Source: an uncultured Gemmatimonadaceae bacterium (lineage in GTDB: Bacteria; Gemmatimonadota; Gemmatimonadetes; Gemmatimonadales; Gemmatimonadaceae). From it: a stretch of DNA of 64,000 bases. Numbering within the stretch: the stretch's first letter is position 1; each line of letters starts with the position of its first letter. A program made the position numbers and the translations under genes. A model generated the notes under the pieces. The model saw only the letters and a program-made list of their open reading frames with translations, was not told the origin of the DNA and ran no database searches. Shown here piece by piece: positions 20,517-30,576 of this stretch. The stretch is taken from NCBI GenBank assembly GCA_963716745.1, contig OY970320.1:2688001-2752000 (forward strand), given 5' to 3'.

Positions 20517-22981
20517 GACTGAACTCGCTCGTCCTCCAGAATTTCCGGCAGCACGCCGACACGAAGCTGAGCTTCGACGGCGGGCTCACCGGCATCATCG
20601 GCCCGAACGGCTCGGGGAAGACCACGATCCTCGAGGCGATCGCGTGGGCGATCTACGGGAACGCCGCGGCGCGCGGCACGCGCGAGACGATCCGCTTCAA
20701 CCGTGCTGGCGCCCGCGCGAGCGTGCGCGTGGAACTGGACTTCGATCTCGCGGGGCACCGCTACCGAGTGGTGCGCGGACTCACGAACGCGGAGCTGTTC
20801 CTGGACGGCGCGGCATCGCCGATCGCCGATTCGGTGAGCGGCGTGTCCGACCTGCTCACGCGCCGGCTCGGCATGACGCGCGAGGAATTCTTCAACACGT
20901 ATTTCACGGGGCAGAAGGAACTCTCGGTGATGGCGGCGATGGGCCCGTCGGAGCGGGGGCAGTTCCTCTCGCACGTGCTGGGCTACGAGCGGCTGCGCGC
21001 GGCGCAGGACATTCTGCGCGAGAAGCGGCGCTCGATCGTTTCCGAGCTGGCGGGGCTGCGGCAGGGGATGTCGGATCCCGATGCGGTGATGCGGCAACAC
21101 TCGGAGGCGGAACGGCGGCTGGCCGATTCGAGCGAGCGTGCGCGCGTGTCGCGCGCCGGCCACGCGCAGGCGGCCGCTCGCGTAGCGGAGTTGCGGCCGC
21201 CGTGGGAGAAGATGCAGCGCGAGCGCGAACAGTTGCAGGCCGTGCTGTCGGAGCTGCGCGTTGCGGAAGGCGAGGCGCAGGCGCTGCAGCGCGACGACGA
21301 CCGCCTGGCCCGCGATCTCGCGGAGACGGCACACGCGCGCGCCGAGCGGGAATCGCTCACGCGCGAACTCGAGGGCTATCCGGCGCTGCATCTCGAGTTC
21401 CAGAAACTGGAGGCGCTCGCGCGCGATGAAGGGCGGCGTCTCACACTGCTCGAGACGCGCGCCGCGCTCACCGACGAGATCGTGCGGCTGCGCGAGCGCC
21501 GCAGCAAGCTCGAGACGGCGCCCAAGCTGGAGACCGAGAACACCGGCATCCTCGAGGAGAAACAGGAAGCGCTCGTGGAGGTGGACGGCAAACTCGAAGC
21601 GCGGCGCACGGAGTGGGTGCGCGATAAGCAGGAAGCCGAGACCAAGCGCGAGGCGCTGCGCACACAGTTCCAGGAGCTGAAGCAGCAGCGCGAACGCCTC
21701 GAAGCGGCGGGCGAGATGGGCGCTTGCCCCACGTGCGCGCGGCCGCTCGCCGGGAATCTGCGCTCGGTGCTCGACCTGCTCGACGGGCAGATGGAAACGG
21801 TGCGCGTGGACGGCCTGTATTACAAAGGCCGCCTCGAGCAGCTGCTCACGATGCCCGACGATGTGAAAGCGCTCGACGAACAGCGCCGCGCGCTCTTCGC
21901 CGAAGTGGGGCAAGTGGAGCGGAAGCTCGTGAAGGTGCAGCTCGCGGTGCAGGAGTTGTCGCAGATCGGCGGCGATCTCGCCGCGAAGGAGGAACGCGAC
22001 GCGCAACTCGCGCGCGAGCTCGAGGCGGTGCCGGCCGGCTACGACGCGGCGCGCCACGTGGTGGTGCGCCAGGAGCTCGACCGCCTCATGCCGATCGACG
22101 CGCGCGCGACGCGCCTGTCCGCGCAGGTGGAGCGCGAGCCCGGGCTCGCGCGCGAGCACGCGCAATTGCGCGAGCAGATCGTCGCGCTCGCGACGCGGAT
22201 CGACGCGCTGCGCACGCGGCGCGACGCCGTGACGGTGCCCGAAGCGGAATTCAATGCGAAGCGCGAGGACTTCGAGCGCGCGAGCACGGAGATGCGCGCG
22301 GTGGAACTCACCGTGGTGCAGGCCGAGAGCGATGCGCAGAACGCCGCGTCGGCGCTCGAGGTCGCGGAGCGTTCGGCGCGCGATCTCGCCGACCGTCAGC
22401 GGCTGCTGAGCGACCTGAACGATCAGAAGCGGCTCCACGACGAACTCGACCGCGCGTACACCGATCTGCGCACCGATCTGAATTTCCAGCTGCGCCCCGA
22501 ACTGTCCGAGATCGCGAGCGCGTTCCTGTCGGATCTCACCGACGGCCGCTACGGCGAGATCGAGCTCGACGACAACTACGAGATCAAGGTGCTCGAGGAC
22601 GGCGTGCCGAAGCCCGTGATCTCCGGTGGCGAGGAGGATCTCGCGAACCTCGTGCTGCGTCTCGCGATCTCGCAGATGATCGCCGAGCGAGCGGGGCAGC
22701 CGTTCGCGCTGCTGGTGCTCGACGAGATCTTCGGCTCGCTCGACGAGCTGCACCGGGAGAGCGTGCTCGATCTGCTGCGGCGGCTGCAGGATCGCTTCGA
22801 GCAGGTGATCCTCATCACGCACATCGAGAGCGTGCGCGACATGCTCGACCACGTCGTGATGGTGCGCTTCAACGAGGAGACGGGCGCAAGCGTGGTCACA
22901 CAGGAAGACATCGTGGCGCTGCCGCCCGTGGAAGGCGGCGCCGATCCCGCGGCGGCGCTCGTGCTCGTGAAGGCGAGCTGA
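20513..22981 (+). CDS. sbcC: SbcC/Rad50 SMC-family ATPase
   Basis: Walker A GPNGSGKT, long coiled coils, zinc hook CPTC, signature ISGGE and Walker B LLVLDE. Confidence 0.93.
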   Translation: MRLNSLVLQNFRQHADTKLSFDGGLTGIIGPNGSGKTTILEAIAWAIYGNAAARGTRETIRFNRAGARASVRVELDFDLAGHRYRVVRGLTNAELFLDGAASPIADSVSGVSDLLTRRLGMTREEFFNTYFTGQKELSVMAAMGPSERGQFLSHVLGYERLRAAQDILREKRRSIVSELAGLRQGMSDPDAVMRQHSEAERRLADSSERARVSRAGHAQAAARVAELRPPWEKMQREREQLQAVLSELRVAEGEAQALQRDDDRLARDLAETAHARAERESLTRELEGYPALHLEFQKLEALARDEGRRLTLLETRAALTDEIVRLRERRSKLETAPKLETENTGILEEKQEALVEVDGKLEARRTEWVRDKQEAETKREALRTQFQELKQQRERLEAAGEMGACPTCARPLAGNLRSVLDLLDGQMETVRVDGLYYKGRLEQLLTMPDDVKALDEQRRALFAEVGQVERKLVKVQLAVQELSQIGGDLAAKEERDAQLARELEAVPAGYDAARHVVVRQELDRLMPIDARATRLSAQVEREPGLAREHAQLREQIVALATRIDALRTRRDAVTVPEAEFNAKREDFERASTEMRAVELTVVQAESDAQNAASALEVAERSARDLADRQRLLSDLNDQKRLHDELDRAYTDLRTDLNFQLRPELSEIASAFLSDLTDGRYGEIELDDNYEIKVLEDGVPKPVISGGEEDLANLVLRLAISQMIAERAGQPFALLVLDEIFGSLDELHRESVLDLLRRLQDRFEQVILITHIESVRDMLDHVVMVRFNEETGASVVTQEDIVALPPVEGGADPAAALVLVKAS

Positions 22982-23952
22982 TGGCCGTGGCGCACACGCC
23001 CCGCTCGCCGCGGCCGAGTGGGCCGCACGAGGCGCGCGCATCCGACGCACCGGCGCTGAACCAGGTGTTCAGCGACGCGTTCACCGAACGCTACCGGCGC
23101 GACGGCCTCGTGGGCGTGCGCGTGCCGTTCTTGAATCCGGCCATTTGGAGATTCGCGATCGAGGACGCGGCGGGCGGCGCGCAGATCTGGCGAGATGAGC
23201 GCGGCGACATCGCGGCGTTCAACATCGCGCACGCGTCGGGGGCGGAAGGGTGGATGGGCCCGCTCGCGGTGCGGCCGGACATCCAGGGCGCGGGCATCGG
23301 GAAGCTCGTGGTGACGAGTGCGAGCGATTGGCTCGTGCGCGCGGGGTGCAGCACCATTGGCCTCGAGACCATGCCGCGCACGATGGACAATATTGGATTC
23401 TACTCGTCGCTGGGATATCTGCCGGGGAATCTCACGATCACCGTCACAGTGGATGCGGCGCCGGCCGTGCGCCCTCCGCACCTGCTGAGCCGGCTCGGCG
23501 CGCGCGCGCAGGATGACGCGGTGGAAGAGTGCTTCGCGCTCACGCACGCGCTGATCCCGGGTCGCGACTATTCGCGCGAGATCAGACTCACGCAAACGCT
23601 CGGGCTCGGCGAGACCGTGCTCTTCCGCGACGGCGACCGGCTCACGGGCTTCGCGCTGTCACACACCGCGCCGCTGGTGGAAGGGCGCGCGCTGGACGAG
23701 ATGCGCGTGTTGAAATTGGTGCTCGAGAGCGACGCGCTCATTCCCGCCGCGATCTCCGCGCTCGCGGAACTCGCGCGACGGCATCATGCGCGGCGTGTCG
23801 CGATCCGCGCGCAGACGGATTATCCCGAGGGATACCGCCGGCTCATCGAAGCCGGCGCGCGAGTGCGTTGGACCGACCTGCGCATGACCCTCGGCGGATT
23901 CGCCGAGCCGCGCGCGGCGCGTGGGATTGTTTGGAGCAACTGGGAAATCTAG
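22981..23952 (+). CDS. GNAT-family N-acetyltransferase (probably tandem GNAT)
   Basis: GWMGPLAVRPDIQGAGIGK acetyl-CoA motif and NIGFYSSLGY. TGATG coupling to sbcC. Confidence 0.82.
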   Translation: MAVAHTPRSPRPSGPHEARASDAPALNQVFSDAFTERYRRDGLVGVRVPFLNPAIWRFAIEDAAGGAQIWRDERGDIAAFNIAHASGAEGWMGPLAVRPDIQGAGIGKLVVTSASDWLVRAGCSTIGLETMPRTMDNIGFYSSLGYLPGNLTITVTVDAAPAVRPPHLLSRLGARAQDDAVEECFALTHALIPGRDYSREIRLTQTLGLGETVLFRDGDRLTGFALSHTAPLVEGRALDEMRVLKLVLESDALIPAAISALAELARRHHARRVAIRAQTDYPEGYRRLIEAGARVRWTDLRMTLGGFAEPRAARGIVWSNWEI

Positions 23953-23979
23953 GTCGTCGCGATACAGCTTGCGGTCGCG

Positions 23980-24615
23980 CTATCGGTTGAATCCGACGCC
24001 GAGCCCAGCGAAGAGGAGCGACTGCCGGGCCGAAGCGCCGGGGACTCCCGGCACAGAGCTCGAAGACAGCTGCCGCTCATAGCTGAGGAACGGCGCCATG
24101 AGGATCCCGGCATTGCCGAGCCGCACGTCGTATCCGATGCCAAGACCCGCCGCGATCCCGCCATTGGAAAACGGCAGATAGGTGCCTGCGCCACCGCCCG
24201 GGTTGTTCCCGCTGAAGTAGGTCGCGTTGTATGTGGAGTACCCCAGATTTCCCTTCAACCAGAGATGACTGTACGTCTCGTCATAGAACGCGGCGGACGC
24301 CGAGTAAAAGACCGCCGAGCTGTTGCAGCATCCGAAATCGATGGTGCCCTCGCCGGGGTGGGCCACGTAGTCCACCTCGGCTCCGAGGCGCCAGCGGTGA
24401 CTCAGCATGTACCCCAACGTCAGCGTGTACGTGCCTGTGGCGCTATTCGCGCTGTTCAGGTTCGTCGCCTCTACGATGGAGGCGCCATAAGCGGCGCCCA
24501 GCATTCCGTAGAAACCGGTTCGTTCCGGGGGCGAGCTCGACGAAGCTTGAGCTGTCAGAGCGGGCGCGAGCATTGAGAGCGGCGCGAGGGCAAGCAGCCA
24601 ACGATGTATGCGCAT
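23980..24615 (-). CDS. Putative small outer-membrane beta-barrel protein
   Basis: Signal peptide ending ALTA-Q, alternating aromatic/Gly beta strands, and C-terminal LFAGLGVGFNR. Confidence 0.65.
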   Translation of the reverse strand: MRIHRWLLALAPLSMLAPALTAQASSSSPPERTGFYGMLGAAYGASIVEATNLNSANSATGTYTLTLGYMLSHRWRLGAEVDYVAHPGEGTIDFGCCNSSAVFYSASAAFYDETYSHLWLKGNLGYSTYNATYFSGNNPGGGAGTYLPFSNGGIAAGLGIGYDVRLGNAGILMAPFLSYERQLSSSSVPGVPGASARQSLLFAGLGVGFNR

Positions 24616-24733
24616 ACGACCTCCTGGTTCAATGGCGCTTCTCAGATGGATCACTTACACCCCGAGTTCAACCCATCCACACTCGTACGCGGGTGCCAGC
24701 GAATAGGTCTGCGGAGCGCGCATGCTCGCGACC

Positions 24734-25156
24734 TTAGATTCCTTCCTTCCTTCGCGCTCGGTACCGGCGTAGCGTCCACCAGCCCGCGGCGTACGCGCCG
24801 CCGCCCACCATGCCGATGATCGCAGCGATGACAAGGTCGCCCCGCCGAGGGGAGACGCCATATTGCAACGCCATTGTTGTTGGAACCGCAACGAATCCGA
24901 CTAGTATTCCGGCCGCGATCGCTCCGCGTCGCGTCGACAAGAAAAGAGGTCTTACCATCCCCAGGCACGCACCCCCGAACACGGCGCAGACGGCGCCGAC
25001 GAGCAGTATGCGCGGGAGCACAATCCGAATGGGACCGACCAGCCCGTATCGTTGTCGATCGAAGAGCACCGCGTCGACAACGTCCGAGGCGATGAGGATG
25101 GTTGCGAGCACCAAACCCCTCGAAACGCCCCACGCGAGATCGGCTCGTCGGCTCAC
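24734..25156 (-). CDS. Hypothetical four-TM membrane protein
   Basis: 140 aa with four hydrophobic segments and a GGAGG RBS upstream. Confidence 0.55.
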   Translation of the reverse strand: MSRRADLAWGVSRGLVLATILIASDVVDAVLFDRQRYGLVGPIRIVLPRILLVGAVCAVFGGACLGMVRPLFLSTRRGAIAAGILVGFVAVPTTMALQYGVSPRRGDLVIAAIIGMVGGGAYAAGWWTLRRYRARRKEGI

Positions 25157-25183
25157 GATCGGCCCTCCGTTGAGTAATTGTTG

Positions 25184-27220
25184 CTAGTCCCGCCCACTCA
25201 CCGGCGGAGCTCCCGGCTTCACGGCCGCCACGGGCTTGATGAACTTGTCGCACCACGCGACGAACCTCACGAGATAATCCTGCCGGAAACTCGGCACGGT
25301 GAGTCCGTGATACTGCCCGGGATACACGATGAGCTCGGTCTGAATGCCGAGCGTGCGCAGCGCCTGGTACATCTGCTCGCCGCCAACCACGGGCACGTTC
25401 GCATCGAGCTGTCCGCCCAGGAATAGCGTCGGCGTTTTGATCTTGTCGGCGTGGAAGAACGGATACGACACCTTCATCCACGCATCCTGAGCCTTCCAGG
25501 GCGCGCCGAGTTCGAGTTCGTACTGCACGACGTACTCATCGACGCCGTACATCGAGAGCTGGTTCGCGCTGCCGGCGCCGCTCACGGCCGCCTTGAAGCG
25601 CGTGGTGGTCGCGATCGAATAGTCGGTGAGGATGCCGCCGTAGCTCCAGCCGCCGATCGCGAGCTTCGATGAATCGGCGATGCCGCTGCGCACGGCCTGG
25701 TCCACGGCACCCATGAGATCGAGCACTTCGAGATGCCCCCAGTCGGCGAAGATCGCTTTCTGGTACGCGGCGCCGCGCCCCGAACTGCCGCGATAGTTCG
25801 GCGAGACCACGGTGTAGCCGTTCGCCGCGAACCACTGCCGCGCGAAGTTGAAGCTGTAGTTGTCCTGCCCGTTCGGGCCGCCGTGAACGTAGAGGATCAT
25901 CGGCGTCGCTCCCTGCGCGCCCACGGGCCGCACGACGACGCTGTGCACCTCGGTGCCATCGGAGCTCTTGGAGGTTTGATCCGTCGTCGGCGCGAGCTGC
26001 AGCGTCGCGAATAACGAATCGTTCTGGTGCGACAGCTGCCGCACGTTCGCGCCATCCACGGCGAATACTTCGTTCGGACGGTCGAACGTGGTGATGAGCG
26101 CCGCGATGCGCGCCTGCGCCGAGCGCGGCGCGGAGAACGCGTTCACGACGCGCCGGCCGCCGGTGATCACCGTCGCTTTGCCGTCCGCGATATTCACCCG
26201 CACGATGCTCTCGGTGCGGTCGTCGGACATGAGCGCGATCACGCTCGCGCCGTCGGCGGTGAACACCGGATCCTGCAGCGGGCGGTCGAGCGCCGTGGTG
26301 AGGACTCTGGGCGCCGAGCTGCCGTCGCTCTTTACGATGGCGAGCTTGTCGAGCTGGTAGGCGTACCACTTGGGCTCGTCGGTGCGCAGGAAGGCGATCC
26401 ATGCGCCGTCGGGGCTCCACGCCGGCGGACCGCGGTCGGGGCCGGGAAGATTCGTGAGATTACGCGGCGTGCCGGGCGATGCGACGTCGAGCACGAACAC
26501 ATCCGAGCCCTCGCCGACGCCGGGTTCCGGCGCGGGTGAGCGAATGAACGCGATGCGTTTGCCGTCGGGGCTCCAGCGCGGTTGTTCGTCATCTTCCATG
26601 CCGCGCGTGAGCGTGTCGAGCTTCTTGCTCGCGACATCGATGAGCAGGATGTGGCTGCGCGACGGCGTGAGGTAACCTTCCACGTCGCGCTTGAACGCGT
26701 ATCGCGTGATCTCGATCGGCCGCTTCTTCGTAGTGTCCTTCTTCGCGGTGTCGGGATCGAGGTCGGCCACGAGCGCGAGCATCTTGCCGTCGGGCGACCA
26801 CTCCATGCTCGAAACGCCGTCCTTGATCATCGTCAGGCGCTGCGCCTCGCCGCCGCGGCGGTCGAGCAGCCATACCTGCGCGCCTTTGCTCTCCTGGCGC
26901 CCGGAAAGGAACGCGAGATACCGCCCGTCGGGACTCCAGCGCGGCGTGCTCTCGCGCTCGGGCGTGCTTGTGAGATGGATGGTCTCTTTGCCGTCCCAGC
27001 TGGTCATCCAGAGGTCCGCGTCGCTCTTGTCCTTCGCGCTGTCGATCGTGGTGACGGTGTACGCCACCCATGCGCCGTCGGGCGAGAGCTGCGGATCGGA
27101 CACGGCCTTGATCTTGAGCAGATCGCTCGCGCGCACGGGGCGCGGCGCGGTCTGCGCGGCCAACGGAAGCGCGAGCGAGAGCGCGGCGCCGATCAGCGTC
27201 TGACGGAACATTGCGGTCAT
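25184..27220 (-). CDS. S9-family (acylaminoacyl/dipeptidyl) peptidase, secreted
   Basis: WSPDG propeller repeats, HGGP, NYRGS, nucleophile GWSYGG, catalytic D (DANVP) and H (YHGL), and a signal peptide. Confidence 0.93.
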   Translation of the reverse strand: MTAMFRQTLIGAALSLALPLAAQTAPRPVRASDLLKIKAVSDPQLSPDGAWVAYTVTTIDSAKDKSDADLWMTSWDGKETIHLTSTPERESTPRWSPDGRYLAFLSGRQESKGAQVWLLDRRGGEAQRLTMIKDGVSSMEWSPDGKMLALVADLDPDTAKKDTTKKRPIEITRYAFKRDVEGYLTPSRSHILLIDVASKKLDTLTRGMEDDEQPRWSPDGKRIAFIRSPAPEPGVGEGSDVFVLDVASPGTPRNLTNLPGPDRGPPAWSPDGAWIAFLRTDEPKWYAYQLDKLAIVKSDGSSAPRVLTTALDRPLQDPVFTADGASVIALMSDDRTESIVRVNIADGKATVITGGRRVVNAFSAPRSAQARIAALITTFDRPNEVFAVDGANVRQLSHQNDSLFATLQLAPTTDQTSKSSDGTEVHSVVVRPVGAQGATPMILYVHGGPNGQDNYSFNFARQWFAANGYTVVSPNYRGSSGRGAAYQKAIFADWGHLEVLDLMGAVDQAVRSGIADSSKLAIGGWSYGGILTDYSIATTTRFKAAVSGAGSANQLSMYGVDEYVVQYELELGAPWKAQDAWMKVSYPFFHADKIKTPTLFLGGQLDANVPVVGGEQMYQALRTLGIQTELIVYPGQYHGLTVPSFRQDYLVRFVAWCDKFIKPVAAVKPGAPPVSGRD

Positions 27221-27224
27221 GGAC

Positions 27225-28169
27225 TCACCGGAAGAGGGAACGGAGCGCGTCACCGGCGGTGAGCGCGCGGAGATAACTCAGCAATGTCGCGTCAAGCGGC
27301 GTCGGCACGATGCCGAATTCGCTCTGGAGCGCGTTGTCGGGAGTGACATTGTCACTCTTGAGCAACGCTAGCAAGCCCGTGGTCACGGGCGGATTCGGGA
27401 GCACGCGCTGCGCGATCGCGACGAGCGGCTTTAGCACCGACACGGGCGCGCTCACCAACGTGCGGCGCGCGCCCATCGCCGCCAAGACGCGCTGTGCGAT
27501 CTCACGCAGCGACAGCGGTTCGGGGCCGCCGATCGCGTAAGCTTTGCCGATCGTGCTATCTCGCTCGAGCGCGATCGCGATGCACTGCGCCACATTATCC
27601 ACCGCGACCGGCTGGAATCGCGCCGTGCCACCGCCGGGCAACGGATACACCACGGGCGACAACCGCACGAGCCGCGCCAGCACGTTCACGAATTCATCCT
27701 CGGGGCCGAAGATCACGCTCGGTCTCAACGCCGTGAAGGCGAGTCCGCTCGCGCGCACCGCATCCTCGGCGAGTCCCTTGCTCCGCAGGAAGCGATGCGG
27801 GGATGCGCTCGACGCGCCGTTCTGCGACATGTGAACGACGCGCTTTACGCCGGCATTCTGCGCGGCAGCGAGCAGCGCCGCGGTCGCATCGGTATTCACC
27901 GCTTCGTACGTCTGCCCGGCGCGCTCAATGGCGATCGCGGCGCAATGGACGATCGCATTCGCGCCGCGCACGGCGGCGGCGACCGCGGCGGGGTCGCGAA
28001 GGTCCCCTATGGCGTAATCAACTGGCGTCGCGGCGACCAGAGTCGCCTTCGCCCTGTCGCGCACCATCGCGCGCACCGTCCACCCCCGCGCCGCGAGCGC
28101 GCGGCATGTGTGCGATCCGACGAATCCCGCGGCCCCGGTCACGACCACGGTGCCGCGCACGCCGCTCAC
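27225..28169 (-). CDS. NAD(P)-dependent epimerase/dehydratase, NDUFA9-like atypical SDR
   Basis: VTGAAGFVGS, RVVHMS, LRPSVIFGPED, FQPVAV and IGGPE. Confidence 0.87.
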   Translation of the reverse strand: MSGVRGTVVVTGAAGFVGSHTCRALAARGWTVRAMVRDRAKATLVAATPVDYAIGDLRDPAAVAAAVRGANAIVHCAAIAIERAGQTYEAVNTDATAALLAAAQNAGVKRVVHMSQNGASSASPHRFLRSKGLAEDAVRASGLAFTALRPSVIFGPEDEFVNVLARLVRLSPVVYPLPGGGTARFQPVAVDNVAQCIAIALERDSTIGKAYAIGGPEPLSLREIAQRVLAAMGARRTLVSAPVSVLKPLVAIAQRVLPNPPVTTGLLALLKSDNVTPDNALQSEFGIVPTPLDATLLSYLRALTAGDALRSLFR

Positions 28170-28345
28170 ACGCGCGGCCGCGCGTCGCTGCGCACGATGC
28201 GCCAGAACAGCAGCGACACGCCGAGCGTCAGCAGCAGGTGGATCCAGCCCCAGCCGGCGCCGAAGAAGGTGACGTACGCCCACACGCCGAGCATGAGCGC
28301 GGCGAGCGGGTACGCGATACGGAACAACAATTGCGGCAGCGTCAT
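28166..28345 (-). CDS. Small membrane protein (59 aa), resembling the lmo0937/DUF5670 family
   Basis: Manual translation: MTLPQLLFRIAYPLAALMLGVWAYVTFFGAGWGWIHLLLTLGVSLLFWRIVRSDARPRV. GGAGA RBS and GTGA overlap with the next gene. It is below the ORF-track length cutoff. Confidence 0.7.
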   Translation of the reverse strand: MTLPQLLFRIAYPLAALMLGVWAYVTFFGAGWGWIHLLLTLGVSLLFWRIVRSDARPRV

Positions 28346-28357
28346 GAATTTCTCCGA

Positions 28358-28386
28358 TTGACGCCCCGCGCGCCGCTCCCTACATT
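28358..28386 (+). promoter_or_regulatory. Sigma70-type promoter for the downstream ncRNA
   Basis: TTGACG-N17-TACATT, with no convincing plus-strand CDS following. Confidence 0.75.
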
Positions 28387-28393
28387 CGGCATC

Positions 28394-28564
28394 GAGCAGT
28401 GATTGGGGCGAAGAGATTCCATTTTTGAGCCAACAAGTCTCTCGGGTGGGTTCGATAATCTATGCTGACGTCATGCCCCGTACGGGGAAGGCGGAAGGCG
28501 TGGTGAGGACCTCATACATTCGACGGGGCTTCAAAAACCCTCTTCGTTCCTCCCCTTCGGGCTC
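28394..28564 (+). ncRNA. ssrS: Probable 6S RNA
   Basis: About 170 nt between a strong promoter and a hairpin. The ends pair (CGAAGAG/CTCTTCG and TTTTTGAGCC/GGCTTCAAAAA). TTGAGCCAACA precedes an unpaired central region, as in 6S RNAs. Confidence 0.65.
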
Positions 28565-28582
28565 CGTCGAAAGACGGGGCCC
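28559..28582. terminator. Hairpin terminator between the ncRNA and the convergent exchanger gene
   Basis: GGGCTCCGTC-GAAA-GACGGGGCCC. Confidence 0.6.
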
Positions 28583-28587
28583 GATCG

Positions 28588-29746
28588 TCATCCGGCGCCT
28601 CGCGGCCGCCGCCATAGCTCCATGAGTATCCGCGGCGCCACCGGTTTGAGCCAGGGCCATGCCGACACCAATCCGACCGCCCATGCGCCGTACGCGTACG
28701 TGACCGGCACGCGCCAGTGCGGCATGAGGAATTGCGCGAGCCAGAGCACGAAGAGCACGGCGGCGTTCCACCATTCGAACTTCATGTTCAGAAGCAGCAG
28801 CACCGCGACCACGCTCTGCATGAGCGTGAGCAATATCTCGTCGCGCTGCGCGCCGTCGAACGGCAGGCTCGCCGGTACGCCGCGCGCCACCGAGAACGCA
28901 ATCGGGATCATCGCCGCGAGCGCGGTCCATTGATTGATGTTGCTCGACATCATGTTCATCATCGCCATCGGCGCCTTATTCGGCCGGCTCGCCCAGTGGA
29001 ACGCACTCACCTTCTCGGGGAACTCGCTCACGAACGGCGCCACCCACTGCACGAACACGAACTGGCTGACGCCGAACGCGGCCGCGAGTGCGAGCATCGA
29101 TTCCAGGAACGGGTGCGCGGTGAAATAGATGAGCGCGCCGCCCACGACGAATAATCCCGTGATCGCGACGCCGCGCCACCGGCCCGGGCCGCGAATAGGC
29201 CCAGCGCGACACCCACGGCGCTTCGGCCAACCCTTCTTCGCGCTCGGGCGGCATCCGCCAGAGCACGGCGAGATAGCCGAAGTACATCGCGATGAGCACG
29301 GCCGCATCCACCGGTCCGATCGAACCCTTGTACCAGATCCACACGAAATACAGCAGGGGCGGCACGGTGCCGAGCACTTCCACCGCGTGCTCGTCGTCGA
29401 GGTGGATCGCGCCGAGGCGCTTGCCGCGGCGGCGCGAGTACACGGCCGCCACTGCGTAGATCATCGGCCAGCCGAGTCCGACCAGCAGGCGAATGGCGCC
29501 GGTGAAATTCGCGATCGCGAGATGCGAGGTGCAGCCGGGAGGCGGCATGGACACGAAGCACGACGGCGCGTCGTGCCCCGCGTGCCAGGCGATCACCGCC
29601 TCCACCGCGAATTCGGGCAGCGTCTGCAGCCAGGCGAGGATCGCGAGCGCGAGCCCCTGCGACATCATGAACTGCGCCGCCTCGGCACCCCATGCCACGA
29701 GGAAGGCGCTGAGCAGCATGCTCGGGAAGGTCCAGAGCGCCGTCAT
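28588..29746 (-). CDS. Cation:Ca2+ exchanger (CaCA) family membrane protein, frameshift near 29190
   Basis: Alpha repeats LQTLPEFAVE and APFVSEFPEK, plus ANFTGA, SSNINQWT and many TM segments. Confidence 0.8.
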
Positions 29747-29886
29747 TGCGGAGGCGGCGGCGCTGGACGCCGCTGCGCTCGCTAGCTTGATTCTGAGAAG
29801 GAGCCCGGGCAATTCGTTCCGTCTCGCGGTAGAGAGGAGTGAGCGCCCGCGGAAGGTAGCGCGACGGCCGATATGAGGGCAACGCC

Positions 29887-30576
29887 ATGACGACGAATTC
29901 CGCCGACGGCACGGGCGCGCCACGGGTGCGCCGCTCGAAGGAATTGGAAGACCTGCACGAATCGCGCGCCGCATGGGCGCACGATCTCGACGCCGCACCG
30001 GAACGGAATCCGGAATTCGAGGGCATCGTGCATCGCATGATCGAGCTGATCGGCGAGAATCCGGCGCGCGAGGGACTGCTCAAGACGCCCGAGCGCGTCG
30101 CGAACTCGCTCACCTGGCTCACGCGCGGCTACGATCTCAATGTCAACGATGTCGTCGGCGACGCCGTGTTCGAGGAGTCGCATTCGAGCATGGTGATGGT
30201 GCGCGACATCGAGGTCTATTCGCTGTGCGAGCATCACGTGCTGCCGTTCTTCGGGAAGGCACACGTCGCGTACATCCCCGATGGGCGCATCGTGGGATTG
30301 TCCAAGCTCCCGCGCATCGTGGAAGTGTTCGCTCGGCGGCTGCAGGTGCAGGAGCGTCTCACCGAGCAGATCGCGCAGGCGGTGGAAGACGTGCTGAATC
30401 CCAAGGGCGTGGGCGTGGTGATCGAGGCGTATCACCTGTGCATGATGATGCGCGGCGTGCAGAAGCAGAATTCGCAAACGGTCACGTCAGCGGTGCGGGG
30501 ACTCTTCCGCAGCGATCCGCGCACGCGCGAGGAATTCCTGTCGCTCACGCAGTCGCGCGCGTCGATGCTCCGTTGA
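29887..30576 (+). CDS. folE: GTP cyclohydrolase I
   Basis: [46 protein letters not shown] and HLCMMMRGV. Confidence 0.97.
   Translation: MTTNSADGTGAPRVRRSKELEDLHESRAAWAHDLDAAPERNPEFEGIVHRMIELIGENPAREGLLKTPERVANSLTWLTRGYDLNVNDVVGDAVFEESHSSMVMVRDIEVYSLCEHHVLPFFGKAHVAYIPDGRIVGLSKLPRIVEVFARRLQVQERLTEQIAQAVEDVLNPKGVGVVIEAYHLCMMMRGVQKQNSQTVTSAVRGLFRSDPRTREEFLSLTQSRASMLR

Noticed and set aside
19313..22981. SMC/nuclease anti-phage or anti-plasmid defence system (Wadjet/Lamassu-like)
   Set aside because: An Mre11-type phosphoesterase plus a zinc-hook Rad50 is canonical SbcCD, and no defence effector genes are adjacent.
20444..23050. Long antisense or alternate-frame ORFs (e.g. 20444-23050, 31422-35171, 37107-38846, 55580-57313)
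   Set aside because: These are shadow ORFs expected opposite real genes in high-GC DNA, and their Arg/Ala/His-rich translations carry no motifs.
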